Shown here: positions 1-12,259 of the stretch, piece after piece | Position numbering within the stretch: position 1 is the stretch's first letter | Layout: each line of letters begins with the position of its first letter | DNA from: Haliotis rufescens | Lineage: Eukaryota | Direction: 5' to 3' | DNA length: 64,000 bases | Assembly: GCF_023055435.1 (NCBI RefSeq) | Contig: NW_025964223.1 | Span: forward strand, 13,640,001 to 13,704,000 | Notes under the pieces: model-generated | What the model saw: the letters and a program-made list of their open reading frames with translations, nothing else | Told to the model about the DNA's origin: nothing | Database searches by the model: none | Made by a program: the position numbers and the translations under genes

Positions 1-689
1 TTGTGTTGCTCTTTGTCCAACAATGTTATTTTAATTTTTTTACAATCACTTCTAAACCCATTCTGGTTATCTTGGTCTGTAAATATGCTTAAACCTTCAA
101 AATGACCTTCTAATCGTCACATTTATTTCTGTGTGAAAGAGACTGTTTGAATTATATCTGAATAAAAAGTTACACTGCAAAAAATAGATACAAAAATGAT
201 CTTTGGAACTGGCAATAACATGTCTGTTTGAAATGATATATGTAAATTTAACGTCTTGTCCTGTTACGCTCAACGGGTTTTGAGATCTTAATAGCATCAG
301 CTGTTGGCGGCAGGTATCATTAAACTGACTAAATGGTCACTCAATGGTGAAGTAATGGTCATTGAGCTTGTCTTCCCCCACCAAATGACCACGTACATTA
401 ATGTTGTGCGCATGGGTGGTGTTGAGCCGTTATATGACCGGGCTCTAATGAAGAGATTTGAGAAACTTTTATCCTGAAATATCTGACCGAAATGTTATGA
501 ATACGTGACGAAATGCCAATTTTCCCCCTGGTTAAAGCGTCCCTTTAATCATTTCAATATAACATTCTTATCCATAACAAAGAAGAATTCGTGATGGATA
601 CATGAAGCTTGGGATGTAGCGTTTTCTGTTTTTCATATAAAACGGACAAACTAAATGGAAATGGTATTCATATTCAGTTATATTATCAT

Positions 690-1200
690 TACATTTATTG
701 CACTTAGGCAAATCAGTATTTAGACATAACTCCTTAATATATTTCCCTGGTTCGAGCTCAGACTTACATATAGAATAATACTTAAGAAATGATGAAGAAA
801 TAATTTTAGCATATTAATTCTGAATCTCTATGTCAATACGTCTTTGCTTTTCGTCCTGTGATTTCAACACATCAATACATGATTTTGAATATCACTAACG
901 TTCTATATACAACAGCCTGCACCAATACTTTATACAACGACTAAAATAATTAGTACATAAGTAGGTTGTACCCACTTCGCCCAGCACAGCAACTGTGGGA
1001 ACCTTTTTTAATCAACACATAAATATCATTTAAAGTAAAAACTCTGAATCTTTTCAATATTTGCACGTGACCCCATATTTCCGAACCATATAACAATATG
1101 GAAGCTATTCTACTGTCAAATATTGTAGACGCTACTTTTAAAGAAATATTTGGATGAGGAGGTAAGAAGAGCGAACGAAAGGAATACTTCAATAAGAACA
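690..1200 (-). mobile_element. Degraded non-LTR retrotransposon (LINE) ORF2 C-terminal/3' remnant
   Basis: Minus-strand peptide IFDSRIASILLYGSEIWG matches the post-RT motif (FDxxVxPILxYGxExWG) of invertebrate LINEs. Disrupted frame; AATAAA near 695 on the minus strand. Confidence 0.65.
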
Positions 1201-2881
1201 AATATTATTTCAGCAGATTTAGTTGTTACAGAAGTATTTTCATGTGTTCCCCCATCAACTATAACGACAGGGAACGTCTAAAAAAGAGAAAGGTATTTCG
1301 TATGAAACTTTGAATGTACCCCAAAGAAATATAAAACAACGATTATCTACCTACACAGATTCCATGGGGCGAAGAAGGCGGAAAAGTGGTGAAAATAATA
1401 TGAATGGATAACTGCAAAAAGGGCAAGCAACACAGAGCGGAGGGCACAGTTTTAATATTTTGGGCCAACTATTTCCTTTGTAGTTGACTAAGCATGACTG
1501 ATAAACGCTACTGAGCTCAGGTGAAACTTCAGTCCACCAGCAGAAACATCCACCAAGTTCAAGTAAAAATAAAACATCAACGCCAGAGAAAATAAAGTCT
1601 CGATCATCTATCGAATCAGATTCCATTGGACGTAAAAACAGAGGTTAATGAGTGATGAAGTTATTTTATTGATAATATTAGAGATGATAGTTCAAATAGC
1701 TCTTATGCTTGTATCAGCGGTCGTGAAAATAATACTTTCTCAATAGTCCGTATAAACTCAGTATCGGTATTACAGCCAAACACCGTTGTGCCGAGCTTAC
1801 GGTTGTCTCGAAGTCAAGGCTTTGTCCCAACGTATTCCTTCTATATTCAGCATTGTTTAACCTCTGATATGTCGAATCAGATTGTCTCAAAGCCATTTTT
1901 CAGTCCCCAAAAGTTCTCCCAGTATGCTACATTTGCTCAGAAGCAATGGTCATAGGCATGTTGGAAGAGGATGATCTTGAGTTTCATCTGGCTTGTGATG
2001 ATGTCACTGTTTCTCTGTATTTCATGATCAATAATAAAAACATTTATTTAATATAATATGTTTCTTGTTGTTTACTCTTCATTTCAATCGGTAAATGTAT
2101 GCCAAATTCATTTTTCGTTTGTGTCGAACCCTGCATTACTCGGGGTAGCTAGGTATAGGTTCCTTCAGCGTCGACACAAGGGTGTTTAACGGCACTAGCC
2201 TTTCAGTTAGCCTCACCGAAACTGAAGTCTGTATTAAAAGATTCTTCCGTCCTCTCATTGTCAGGAAAAGCGATTTCTGCATTTCGTACCCTAGGTGACC
2301 CCACTGACCTAATGCTGCTACAAATACCCACCCACCGAGAAGGATAGCGGTTGTGGTCAGTCAATTGTTTCTGATTCGGTGGTTACAAGGAATGCCTCAA
2401 TCTTGGTGTAGGTGCCCGGATATTGCTTATTCGGCACGTGCAGAACATGCATGATGGTCATGCTGTGTAATTAAGGGGGATTGTAAATGTCGGTCACTGG
2501 GTTCTTGGTCGGTAGTGCTCGATGGATAACGTTTCTATTATATAATACAAGATACTGGACCTTGGTGTTTGTTTATCACCTCTATTTCGCCTTTTCGCCC
2601 AATGGAATCTGAAATTAACGTTTTGAGAACATCCTCGTTTAATTTCCACGTGAATACAACGCTCCAGTAAGTTATTATCGTGTCCTTACATCACTTTATT
2701 CGTCTACTTGCAAAATGAATTGAATCAGACACACTATATTCGGTGACCCTTTCTAAATATTTTAAAATGTTTAGAATTCAAATCTCTGTCAGTTCTAGAC
2801 CCCAAGTAGTTTATTATATTTTCATCAACGAAATGGACAAACGTTTATGGATAACAATTTCTGTATTATGCTGTAATAGCC

Positions 2882-3024
2882 ACGTTTCGTTATAGATCAT
2901 TATACCGTTGTCAAGCAAGACGGATCTCTACCGAAACGTCGCTATTACAGCATACTAGAGAAGTCGGTATTCACAAACTTTTGTCTTCTTTGTCATCCGT
3001 CAACTTCTTATAAAGCCTTTCAAA
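2882..3024. mobile_element. Penelope-like element remnant (family P2): inverted pLTR fragments with variant hammerhead core
   Basis: Minus strand GCTTGACAACGGTATAATGATCTATAACGAAACGT faces a plus-strand ...CTACCGAAACGTCGC. Homologous to 58861-59002. Confidence 0.6.
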
Positions 3025-4102
3025 CAGTTGTTTTGACCAACAAAAACAAGCCTCATGACACTGCCAAACAATGTTAATCTTTAAACCTGTGCCAGAACAT
3101 TCAGCCATATCATAGCCGTAGTAAATTCCTAATGTTGAATTAATAACATTAACGATCAATATCTAATACTGGCTGAGCGACATCTTGGCCTCTGCGGTCT
3201 TTTCCAAACAAACATAGAGCTTCTTGGCAGTGACCGGTGCTGACCATCGGCTCGCATGTAAGCTTTGATATCAACATCGTACTGGACACTCCTGGGCTAT
3301 GTACATAGTCACATTTGATTGTGATATATATTTTTGGAAAAAATAAATCCCTCTTCGATGAGAAAGATTTATGGATAAAGATTTATGGATAAAATGGTTT
3401 GGTAGTACATTTACATTAAAGCGGTTGAAATGTTAAGAAACTACCTGCCAAAAGAAAGTAGACACCCATGTTTGGTGGTGGCTAAAAATGAAACGAACCA
3501 AACTAGTAAAAGCTAGTCCATAGTATTAAAGTTGATATTGGTATCACAGGTTTCTCTTGGACCTTAAGTTTGGAGTTGTGGCTGTTTTCAGCCAAGTAAC
3601 AGTTTGACAATAGGTCAAATCGAATTTTAAAGTGTAAACTTTCTTCTGCCCGCAACTTACAAATGCTGATATAAACATCTTTACTTTGGTTGGAACCTTA
3701 ATAAACAATTATTACTTATAAGTGGTTCAATCTAGCTTAATTTTGGGATAAAATGAAGTATTCGTCATGTATTATTTGTAGGAATCTGTCACTCTTGGTT
3801 GAAAAGATAATCTTGGCACAAATAAATCAGATTCCAATGTACTGCGTCATGAGTACATGATGCGTGAGTTGTACGTTATAAATCAGTGGACAAATCTTCC
3901 TTTACGTCGGTGTAAGTGGATACATATGTGGCGTGCGAGTACGTCATCAAGCCGTCACGTCATAAATGTGTCGGGCTGTTTGTTCGCTTGTGGAGGGTTG
4001 ATAACTCTACAGATCAATGACATGGATGGACGGTTGCAGAACAGACCTAGATTACGAATGTAATTTGTAAATCCAATCAACCGATTTTAAAACATTTTAA
4101 AG

Positions 4103-4187
4103 CAGCATAGCATAGCATAGCATAGCATAGCATAGCATAGCATAGCATAGCATAGCAAAGCATAGCATAGCATAGCATAGCATAGCA
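4103..4187. repeat. (GCATA)n pentanucleotide microsatellite
   Basis: About 17 near-perfect units seen directly. Confidence 0.97.
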
Positions 4188-5199
4188 TGTCCTCTAAAAG
4201 TATTCCAGTATTATGGATAAGAATGTGATATTGAAATGATTAAAGGTGAAACATTAATCAAACTGTAAATTGACATTTTCATCAAGTATAAAAAATCAAT
4301 AATTAAGAATGTTATTGTACAAAACACCCCCATAAGGCAGAGTACAACGTAGATACATTTAGGAGTAAATATAATTGCATAAATGAAAGTAAATATACAT
4401 ATAATGTACACAATGCATAAAGATATTACATTGTATTATTATGCAAAATACATAATGGTTTGTATATATCATAAGCTGAATGACGACGTACACATAACGA
4501 AATAGAGTAGTGATAAGTCACAATAATAATATAAAAGATGAACTTTATGCCTAGTGTTGTCTGAAATTAATATGTACCGGCACATGGTCTCTGTTTTTGT
4601 GAACTGGTCAGAGATACTTGTTTGTTTTTTCTGAGCAAAGAGCAAAGAAAACACAGTAGCGAGGTGTTCTTAGTAAAACTATCTTCCCTGTCCAATGGAG
4701 CTTTATCAATACAAATTACAAGTATCCACAATGCATGAAATGGCTACAGTATCGGGGAAGGTAAAACCAAAAGTAGCGAAAACTGACACGTTTATTACAG
4801 AACAAGTGCTCCCACTTTGACAGCTATAAAACTCACCGCAACTTCATCCCACACGAGGGACCCATTTCATCCAAGATGGCCGCCATTTGAGACACGTGGT
4901 AGAGATAAACTTCAACTCTGATCGATTTATAATGATATGATGGATGGCTAGGAATTGGCGTGGACGTTTGGCCCCTAGGATACCTCAGCGGTCTGATGAG
5001 GAAACTAGACACAAATGATTGTTGAATCCATTATTATGGACTTCATTGCTGAAACTGTATGTTGTGCGACTAATTGTACTTTATCAAGATATGTAAAATA
5101 GAATCTCATGTGATAATATGTAATATTTATATATATAATGTACATTATGTATATCTACCTTTCATGTTGATAGTTATATTTATTCCATATGTAGATAGT

Positions 5200-5270
5200 T
5201 TGTACCCTGCCCTACGAGGGTGTTCTGTACAATAAAAATACTTGATTCTTGATTCTTTTCCTTGATTCTT
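5200..5270 (+). mobile_element. LINE 3' terminus with (TTCTTGA)n-like tail
   Basis: TGTACCCTGCCCTACGAGGGTGTTCTGTACAATAAA followed by a short tandem tail. The same motif occurs reversed at ~4312-4348, 36096-36122 and 37461-37500. Confidence 0.5.
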
Positions 5271-7002
5271 GTGATACATATATGTTATTGTGACATTGAA
5301 ACAGAATATTTATGTTAAATTTTGGCCTTGTTGTTTAATAACGTTTAATGGAACCAATGCATTTTGACCACTTTATAAATACATTTTAATGGGAACTATA
5401 TGTTGTATAATTTATGTTCTGCGACCAATCTTATTGACTTATGCTATCTACGTTATAACATTGTTTCAAAATGTGATGTGTCAATTTGACTTTAAAGTAG
5501 TGTTTGTGTTCATTTTGTCACCTTTGTGTCGCCATGTCTGTGTATAGAAATCAGTACATGATGTATCTCGTGTTTTTGACGGATTCATTTTGTGATAAAA
5601 CATATCTGTGTGATGACGTGACACCTGTCCAGGTGAATAGGTTGTTGTAAGTTACAAGGATAATAAATGTTGAAAACGAATGAGTAGGCTCGTGTGACAC
5701 TTTTAGCAAACATCCAGCAATGTGATTGCGGGGGATACCAGAAATGACTTCAAACATTGTACTGAAACGTTACCCGTTTACCCCTGAAGGGTGTTTATAA
5801 CACAAGCGTATTGACTCAATTAATGGCAAACCATACTGTCAAGTGATTTACTATGTAAATTGTCTGAACCGATCATCATAATTGATTTATTTTGTCAACG
5901 TTCCTATTCCGATTTGTGCTATGAACACAACAACATATATTTCGTATATTCAGTTCAGATCTTCACGTACAGACACTAACCCAGTCCATTGATATTATTA
6001 TCATCTCAACCGTACTCACAAACGTGAAACACTCCGGGAACAAAGTTAAATCCCTTTCTTGTTTGGCTACAGAATTCTTTCGATTTTCTTCAATGATATC
6101 TTTGGATTAAGATAATATCGCTGCTGATGTCTGAGACTAAACTAAAATACTCAAACGCATAAAAAGGCATCTCATCATCGTCAGCCAGTGAAGTATGCCT
6201 CTCTTCTCTTTGTTTCTCTCCCGCCTTCTCCAAGTCTTCCCGGTGGTTCTTGAAGCATATGACAGCTCATTCGGAGCACTTCGGTCGTTCTCCATGCTGA
6301 CATTCTCCGCGTTTTCAGCAATTTGTTTCACAAAGTGTAAATTTCATTCATGCAGAACCTTGCAGCTTCCATTCCCTACCAATTATATCTCATTTGACAG
6401 GTTAGTAACCCCGCACTCGCTTCTATGGAAAACCTTTCATGGTCATTTACGAGTCAAATATTTGTTTTTGAAATCCATGTACTGCAACAATCCGCAATAC
6501 GTTATCAAACTGCCATTCGTCTCTGTCACGTGTCATAGCGTGTATCTTTTGTCCACTGTATACGATTTCACCAAGCGTTTGAATGTATAACCACATTGTA
6601 AAAGAAGTGTAATCAGGAGAAGATCGAAGAGGTGTTTGGGGCGTTAAATGAATGTTCATACAGAGAAGGTGACTGAGTTGTGTTTTGAAATGTGTTTCAG
6701 ACATTACATGAGTCAAGATTCAGGGCACAAAACCTATGCTACAAGTATAACATGTTAATTAACATTTCTCTACTTAGTAGGACTTACATAACTGCACACA
6801 GTTGATGAAAGGGTTTTAAAACATCAGTTATATGAATAATGAAGCAACAAATTATGAATTAATAGAGGTTAATCTAGTGAACATATCAAAAATAATTTTA
6901 GAAACATCTTTGGCAGTGGCACGGCTAGGATTTGGTATTGAATTGACATCGTTGTTTAAGTTGTCAACATTTGGATACAGCACATTTATGCAACCATACA
7001 AC

Positions 7003-7212
7003 AGTGAGTGAGTGAGTGGGTTTGGTTTAACGCCGCTTTTAACATTATTCCAGTTAATATCACGGCGTGTCAGCTTAGTGTGGGAGGAAAGCCCGAAGTG
7101 ATGCAGGTCTCAAACGTTTACCACTTTGGTGAAACCCACGAGCATGCCCAAGGGACGCAACTCTGCACGGCGAATCGCCGGGCCCTAGACGACTGGGCCA
7201 CCCGTGACCCCC
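7003..7212 (-). mobile_element. SINE family A copy with internal deletion removing the B box
   Basis: Aligns to 25894-26168 but lacks the segment between ...CCACGAGCA and TGCCCAAGGG. Confidence 0.88.
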
Positions 7213-9224
7213 CCCCCCCCCCCATCATCACAAGCAACATATCCAGAAATAGAACATATCAAACGTCAACGCCAGAGAATAATCAGTCTCGATTATCCGT
7301 CGAAACAGAATCCATTAGGCGTAAAAGGCAGAATACGACTGAAAAATATGTAATTGGATCGGGGAAAATTATAGGAATGGAGCACTGAAAATTAGGGTGA
7401 AACCAGGGTAAGCATGTTCTGCCCTACTGATAGTGCCTGCCACTCTCACATGATCCAGATATACACCTGTATCAAAGTTCTTGAATCATATGTCTGGAAC
7501 CTTCTATGTCTGGAACCAGGATTTGTTGTCGTTTGATTGCATCAAGGTTTTGGCAGGATTGTCGATCATTGGGAACCCCCATTAATGCGGAATACCCCAT
7601 CCCCGATTATCAAGTGTGTTTCATCTCCCTTCAGTTAGGCTAAGTACCCTAGACCTATTCGCCACATGGCTTCGCTTTGATTCGTATGGTCCGACGCTAC
7701 GAATAGCTGTCCAATCAAATGACTCCACTGGGCGAGACAATTTCCGTGCTCAGTAAGAGATAGGACCGATGGATGTAGTGACGTTAAGGAAGCTGTGCAT
7801 GCGAATGGGCCCAGCATATTTAATGAGAACTAAGATACACTACACTGGATAATCGAAGATTGGGTCCCACATTCCAGTAGATTGTATTTACAATACAATT
7901 AAGACTCCTGTGATACACATCAAAGAGTTTATTTTAAACATAACGTTGATCACTTTCCATTCTCTCTCCTTCTCAGCTCCAGCAGCCTTTACTCATCCCC
8001 TTTCAGGTCAAGGAAACTAAGTGATTTGTAGGGTTCCTTAATACTCGAGTGCAATATTTCGGGGACCATATACTAATCTACATATATAATTAAAGTGTCA
8101 CAACCCACATTACCACGACTCCATATTACGGTTTGTTGTGTATGACTCGATTAATTTGTCAAAACACTATGTTTCCAACCGGAATATATAGGCTAAAATT
8201 ATTATTAATAACTACACCATCAACATAACTCGCTTCAACTGCATCGTCAAATATGTCGTTATAGATATGCACCAACAGGACGCATGTCTTATAAATATGG
8301 AAGGGTTTCGACGCATTTATTTGAAATACATCATACGTATTTCTTGCAATTAATCCTTGCATATAGTCAATCAAAGGAGATTTATGTTGCATTCATGCAT
8401 TGTAACACATTGTTTGGGAATAGTTTTCTGTTTGTAAGTGAAAAGTACAACATACTGTGGTTATCAGAACATTCTATCTACAAAAGCTGTGTTGTTTATG
8501 TAGGAATAATCCTCACATTGTCTGTGTAACATTCATTGGGAACAATGGAGTATCAGCGGCAAACCACCATGTCTTTTGAAAGACATAAACCAATACGCTT
8601 GCCAGAGAACATTGCGACCATTCACATCTTACCAAGGTCGGACTTGGGTAGTTGAGTGCTAAAGTGATTGGATTTTAGTGATACTTTATTCAGCAGCAAC
8701 AGAAGAAATGAACGTTGCTTTATCCATCAGTCTGGATACACATGGAACGAATTAAGGAACGGTATGCCGGACCATAATAAACAAAGCAAACATACGTTTT
8801 CTGAGGCACGTTGGCTTCAAATTCTTCTTTTCCTTGCGAGCCATCCGTCATGTGCAAGAATACATGCAAAGGAATAAATTATTGAAAATATTTGAAACAT
8901 ATGCAGAATGCATGTTTCATTTGGTGGTTGATGGTAGTATACCATTTTTGCCAGAAATATTGAACAATAATCATTGATTTCCTATTGTGAATGTACCCCT
9001 GCGTAAAGAAATGAACTCAACCTAGGGCGCGTCAGAGAATTGAAACAGTAAATTTAACTGCCGGGCAAAAGAAAGTATACACCCATGTTTGATGGTGGCT
9101 GAGCATGAAACCAACGGTAATGGAAAAGAAAAGAATACAGGTGAACCTATGATTTTGTACAGGGTAGATCGAGTAATGGTGATGCATGTGGATCCCTTGG
9201 AATATTCATGGAGCCAGTGGGAAA

Positions 9225-9912
9225 GCAGATGGAGACAACGGTGATGGAGCTTATACATACGAATGTAGTGATGAGGTTGATGAGACAACGCTGATGAGAC
9301 TTATACATGCGAATGTAGTGATGAGGTTGATGAGACAACGCTGATGAGACTTATACATGCGAATGTAGTGATGAGGTTGATGAGACAACGGTGATGGGAC
9401 TTATACATGCGAATGTAGTGCTGAGGTAGATGGAGACAACGGCGATGGGACTTATACTTGCGAATGCAGTGATGAGGTTGATGAGACAACGCTGATGGAG
9501 CTTATACATACGAATGTAGTGATGAGGTTGATGAGACAACGCTGATGGGACTTATACATGCGAATGTAGTGATGAGGTAGATGGAGACAACGGTGATGGG
9601 GCTTATACATGCGAATGTAGTGCTGAGGTAGATGGAGACAACGGTGATGGGGCTTATACATGCGAATGTAGTGCTGAGGTAGATGGAGACAACGGTGATG
9701 GGACTTATACATGCGAATGTAGTGCTGAGGTAGATGGAGACAACGGTGATGGGACTTATACATGCGAATGTAGTGCTGAGGTAGATGGAGACAACGGTGA
9801 TAGGACTTATACATGCGAATGTAGTGCTGAGGTAGATGGAGACAACGGTGATGGGGCTTATACATGCGAATGTAGTGATGAGGTAGATGGAGACAACGGT
9901 GATGGGGCTTAA
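9225..9912. repeat. 50/51-bp minisatellite, about 13 copies
   Basis: Unit GATGGAGACAACGGTGATGGGACTTATACATGCGAATGTAGTGCTGAGGTA (51 bp), plus a 50-bp variant (…GGTTGATGAGACAAC…). Confidence 0.95.
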
Positions 9913-11439
9913 ACATTGGGGGTGTATTTGGAGAGATGGGGTCGTGGTGGTATGAAGCTTCTAGGGTTTATTTACAAACCCTGATGGTAAAATGTCTTTC
10001 CTGTACTTCCAGGAACAAACTATTTCTTTTGTCCCACCCTTCCCTTAATTGTCAAATGGTCGGTCCCTAATTGCTGATACAATAAGGTCAGAAGCTAGGG
10101 ACGAGATCAGGTCAACATGATGCTACCATCTTCCACCGCAAGGATGGTGTAATTAGGCCCAATCATCTTTGTTCATACTGCTTCTGAAAATAGGCCGTTC
10201 TGGAGCAGTATTCGGGAAGAAGTAGCTACCGACGTCCCGCACCAGTGCTACCCCTACAGATGATTGATGAAGCGTCGCCATGGAGAAAACTTGTATATAA
10301 ATTCCTCCCTCTAGAATTACGGTCTTCGAAAATTGGATTGTTGGAGATATGCGACCTCGGAGCCTCGTATTCAATCAGAGGTATACACGCGAGATCTTTA
10401 CAACTTCATTGTCAAATAGATCCATCAGGAAACGTCGGCTAAGGACATAAAAACCGCAAAGAATGATGGGATACATATCGATGGCGTCATCGACGACAGT
10501 GAATAAATCCTTCAACTCGGGAGTGCAGGTGGAAGTTTATTTGTTAAACGCTTCACTTTTGATATGATGTACCCGCTTCCCTCCTTCAAAGCGGACTGAC
10601 AAAAACGTACAAAGTACTTTGCACTTGTGGACCTATTTCGTGTATGAAAGTAGTGCAGATTGACGTTAGATTAATACACGATGACAGTGAGGTCATTTTC
10701 CAGGCTAAAACAATAGCAAAACATGCAGCAAGAGTTTTGTTGTTTGTTCCAGGTACTAACGGCTGATGTTGTTTAGGTCTGAGTACATTTGCTCTCGCGG
10801 CTTCAAAGAGAGTGCGTTGGTATCCGTCAAAATCCATTAACTGGCGTTCGTTTATTCTGACAAGATGGAAAAGAGAGTTGGACAGATTTCTCGGAAAGCT
10901 CTTAGGGTGATCGTTGAAGCATATCGGTGTCTGGACGGATGGGGTTATATTGATACAAGACAAGACGTGTGTTTGGTTCAACTTTTACAAATTGATTGTT
11001 GTAAGGTCGCGCGTATGTATGTGCTTGATAAGACCTGTCAGAACATGGTGTTTTCGGAAACAGGGTTTTAGAGTCGTTGTTTGACAACATCCTGAAGTTT
11101 TTAAAGTTTGATAATGAACGTGGCATATATTGATGAGGTTTTTCCTCTTTTTTTAACCTTAACACAACCACGGGTTGTCACATCATATTTATTTTTAGAA
11201 CCATTTTTTTCTTTTCTTGTTATGAAATGTTAGCCAACATTTGATTAAACGCAAGGAATAATTACACATGACTTGGATTGTATAACAAACACAATATTGT
11301 TAACGTAAATAGATTTTTAAATGCTAATTTAAAGTAGGTTGTTGCAATACCGTGTCTGAAGGCTTAGGCTCTGAAGAGTTCCCACATTTGAAGTACAGCC
11401 TTCACCAAATGTGTTCAAAAGTCAGTCATCTGATGCTGG

Positions 11440-11572
11440 GTGAGTGAATGTTGTTTTACGCCGGTTTTACGTGTCATGTCGGAGACACTACAAATGGGCT
11501 TCTCACAACGTAAGGTATTGAACCAGTACGTGACAAAGGAAACGGTTTAACCACAAGGCTACCAATCCCACT
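11440..11572 (-). mobile_element. SINE family B, diverged copy
   Basis: GTGAGTGAA...TTTTACGCC...GACACTACAAATGGGCTTC...TTTAACCACAAGGCTACC aligns to 58083-58220. Confidence 0.65.
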
Positions 11573-11693
11573 ACCAAACACTATTAATTGAAATACATGT
11601 TATTATTGTTATTATGGCATCGTACCTTTACTACCATTTAGCACTAGCGCCAATTCTTCACACGTTTTGGTGTTGGTATTTATTTCTTGATGA

Positions 11694-11782
<89 letters not shown>
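11694..11782. repeat. (CTA)n microsatellite
   Basis: About 29 units seen directly. Confidence 0.97.
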
Positions 11783-11783
<1 letters not shown>

Positions 11784-11785
11784 GA

Positions 11786-11911
11786 CCAGTTGCGTGGATC
11801 GATGCTCGGGATGTCAGTCACTGGATTGTCTGGTCCAGACTCGATTATTTACAGACCGCCGACATACAGCTGGAATATTGCTGAGTGCGGCGTTAAACAA
11901 CAAACAAACAA

Positions 11912-11912
<1 letters not shown>
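11786..11912 (+). mobile_element. SINE family C, 3' half
   Basis: TTGCGTGGATCGATGCTC...CTGGATTGTCTGGTCCAGACTCGATTATTTACAGACCGCC...GCGGCGTTAAACAACAAAC matches other family C copies. Confidence 0.88.
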
Positions 11913-11973
<61 letters not shown>

Positions 11974-11982
11974 CACCACCAC
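11913..11982. repeat. (CTA)n(CCA)n compound microsatellite
   Basis: Seen directly. Confidence 0.95.
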
Positions 11983-12259
11983 TTATTCAACTGAGATGCT
12001 TGGTTCATTGCAACTCTCTCTACAACCACGAACATACACAAACACAACCCAGTGAGTTAATGTATGCTAAAAGGCGAGTCGTAAAAGATAACACAGAGGG
12101 CTATACTTTTTACGCTTGCATTGCTGCTGTGGCACCGCGGCAATAGAGGAGACTGCGCAGTATTAGCGGCAGAAGCGTTAGCGGTTACGTAGTGGTAGCA
12201 GTAAAAGCGACTAAAGAAATTACAAATGCTACAAATGTTAATATCAGTGTAACAGCCAT

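Noticed and set aside
1714-1896. TIR-domain-like peptide (…SAQRCLAVIPILS…)
   Set aside because: Similarity too weak; no exon structure identified.
4993-5005. CTGATGAGGAAAC as a hammerhead core
   Set aside because: No room for stem II between the core segments and no supporting stems.
6137-6716. Overlapping ORFs that might be LINE ORF1 or endonuclease remnants
   Set aside because: Only a vague SETHF similarity; cannot be supported without a search.
9225-9912. CRISPR-like array (also the 36-bp arrays)
   Set aside because: Units are contiguous with no unique spacers, there are no cas genes, and the context is eukaryotic.
11612-12146. Poly-L, poly-V and poly-Y ORFs (also 31717-32061)
   Set aside because: Translations of microsatellite or low-complexity DNA.
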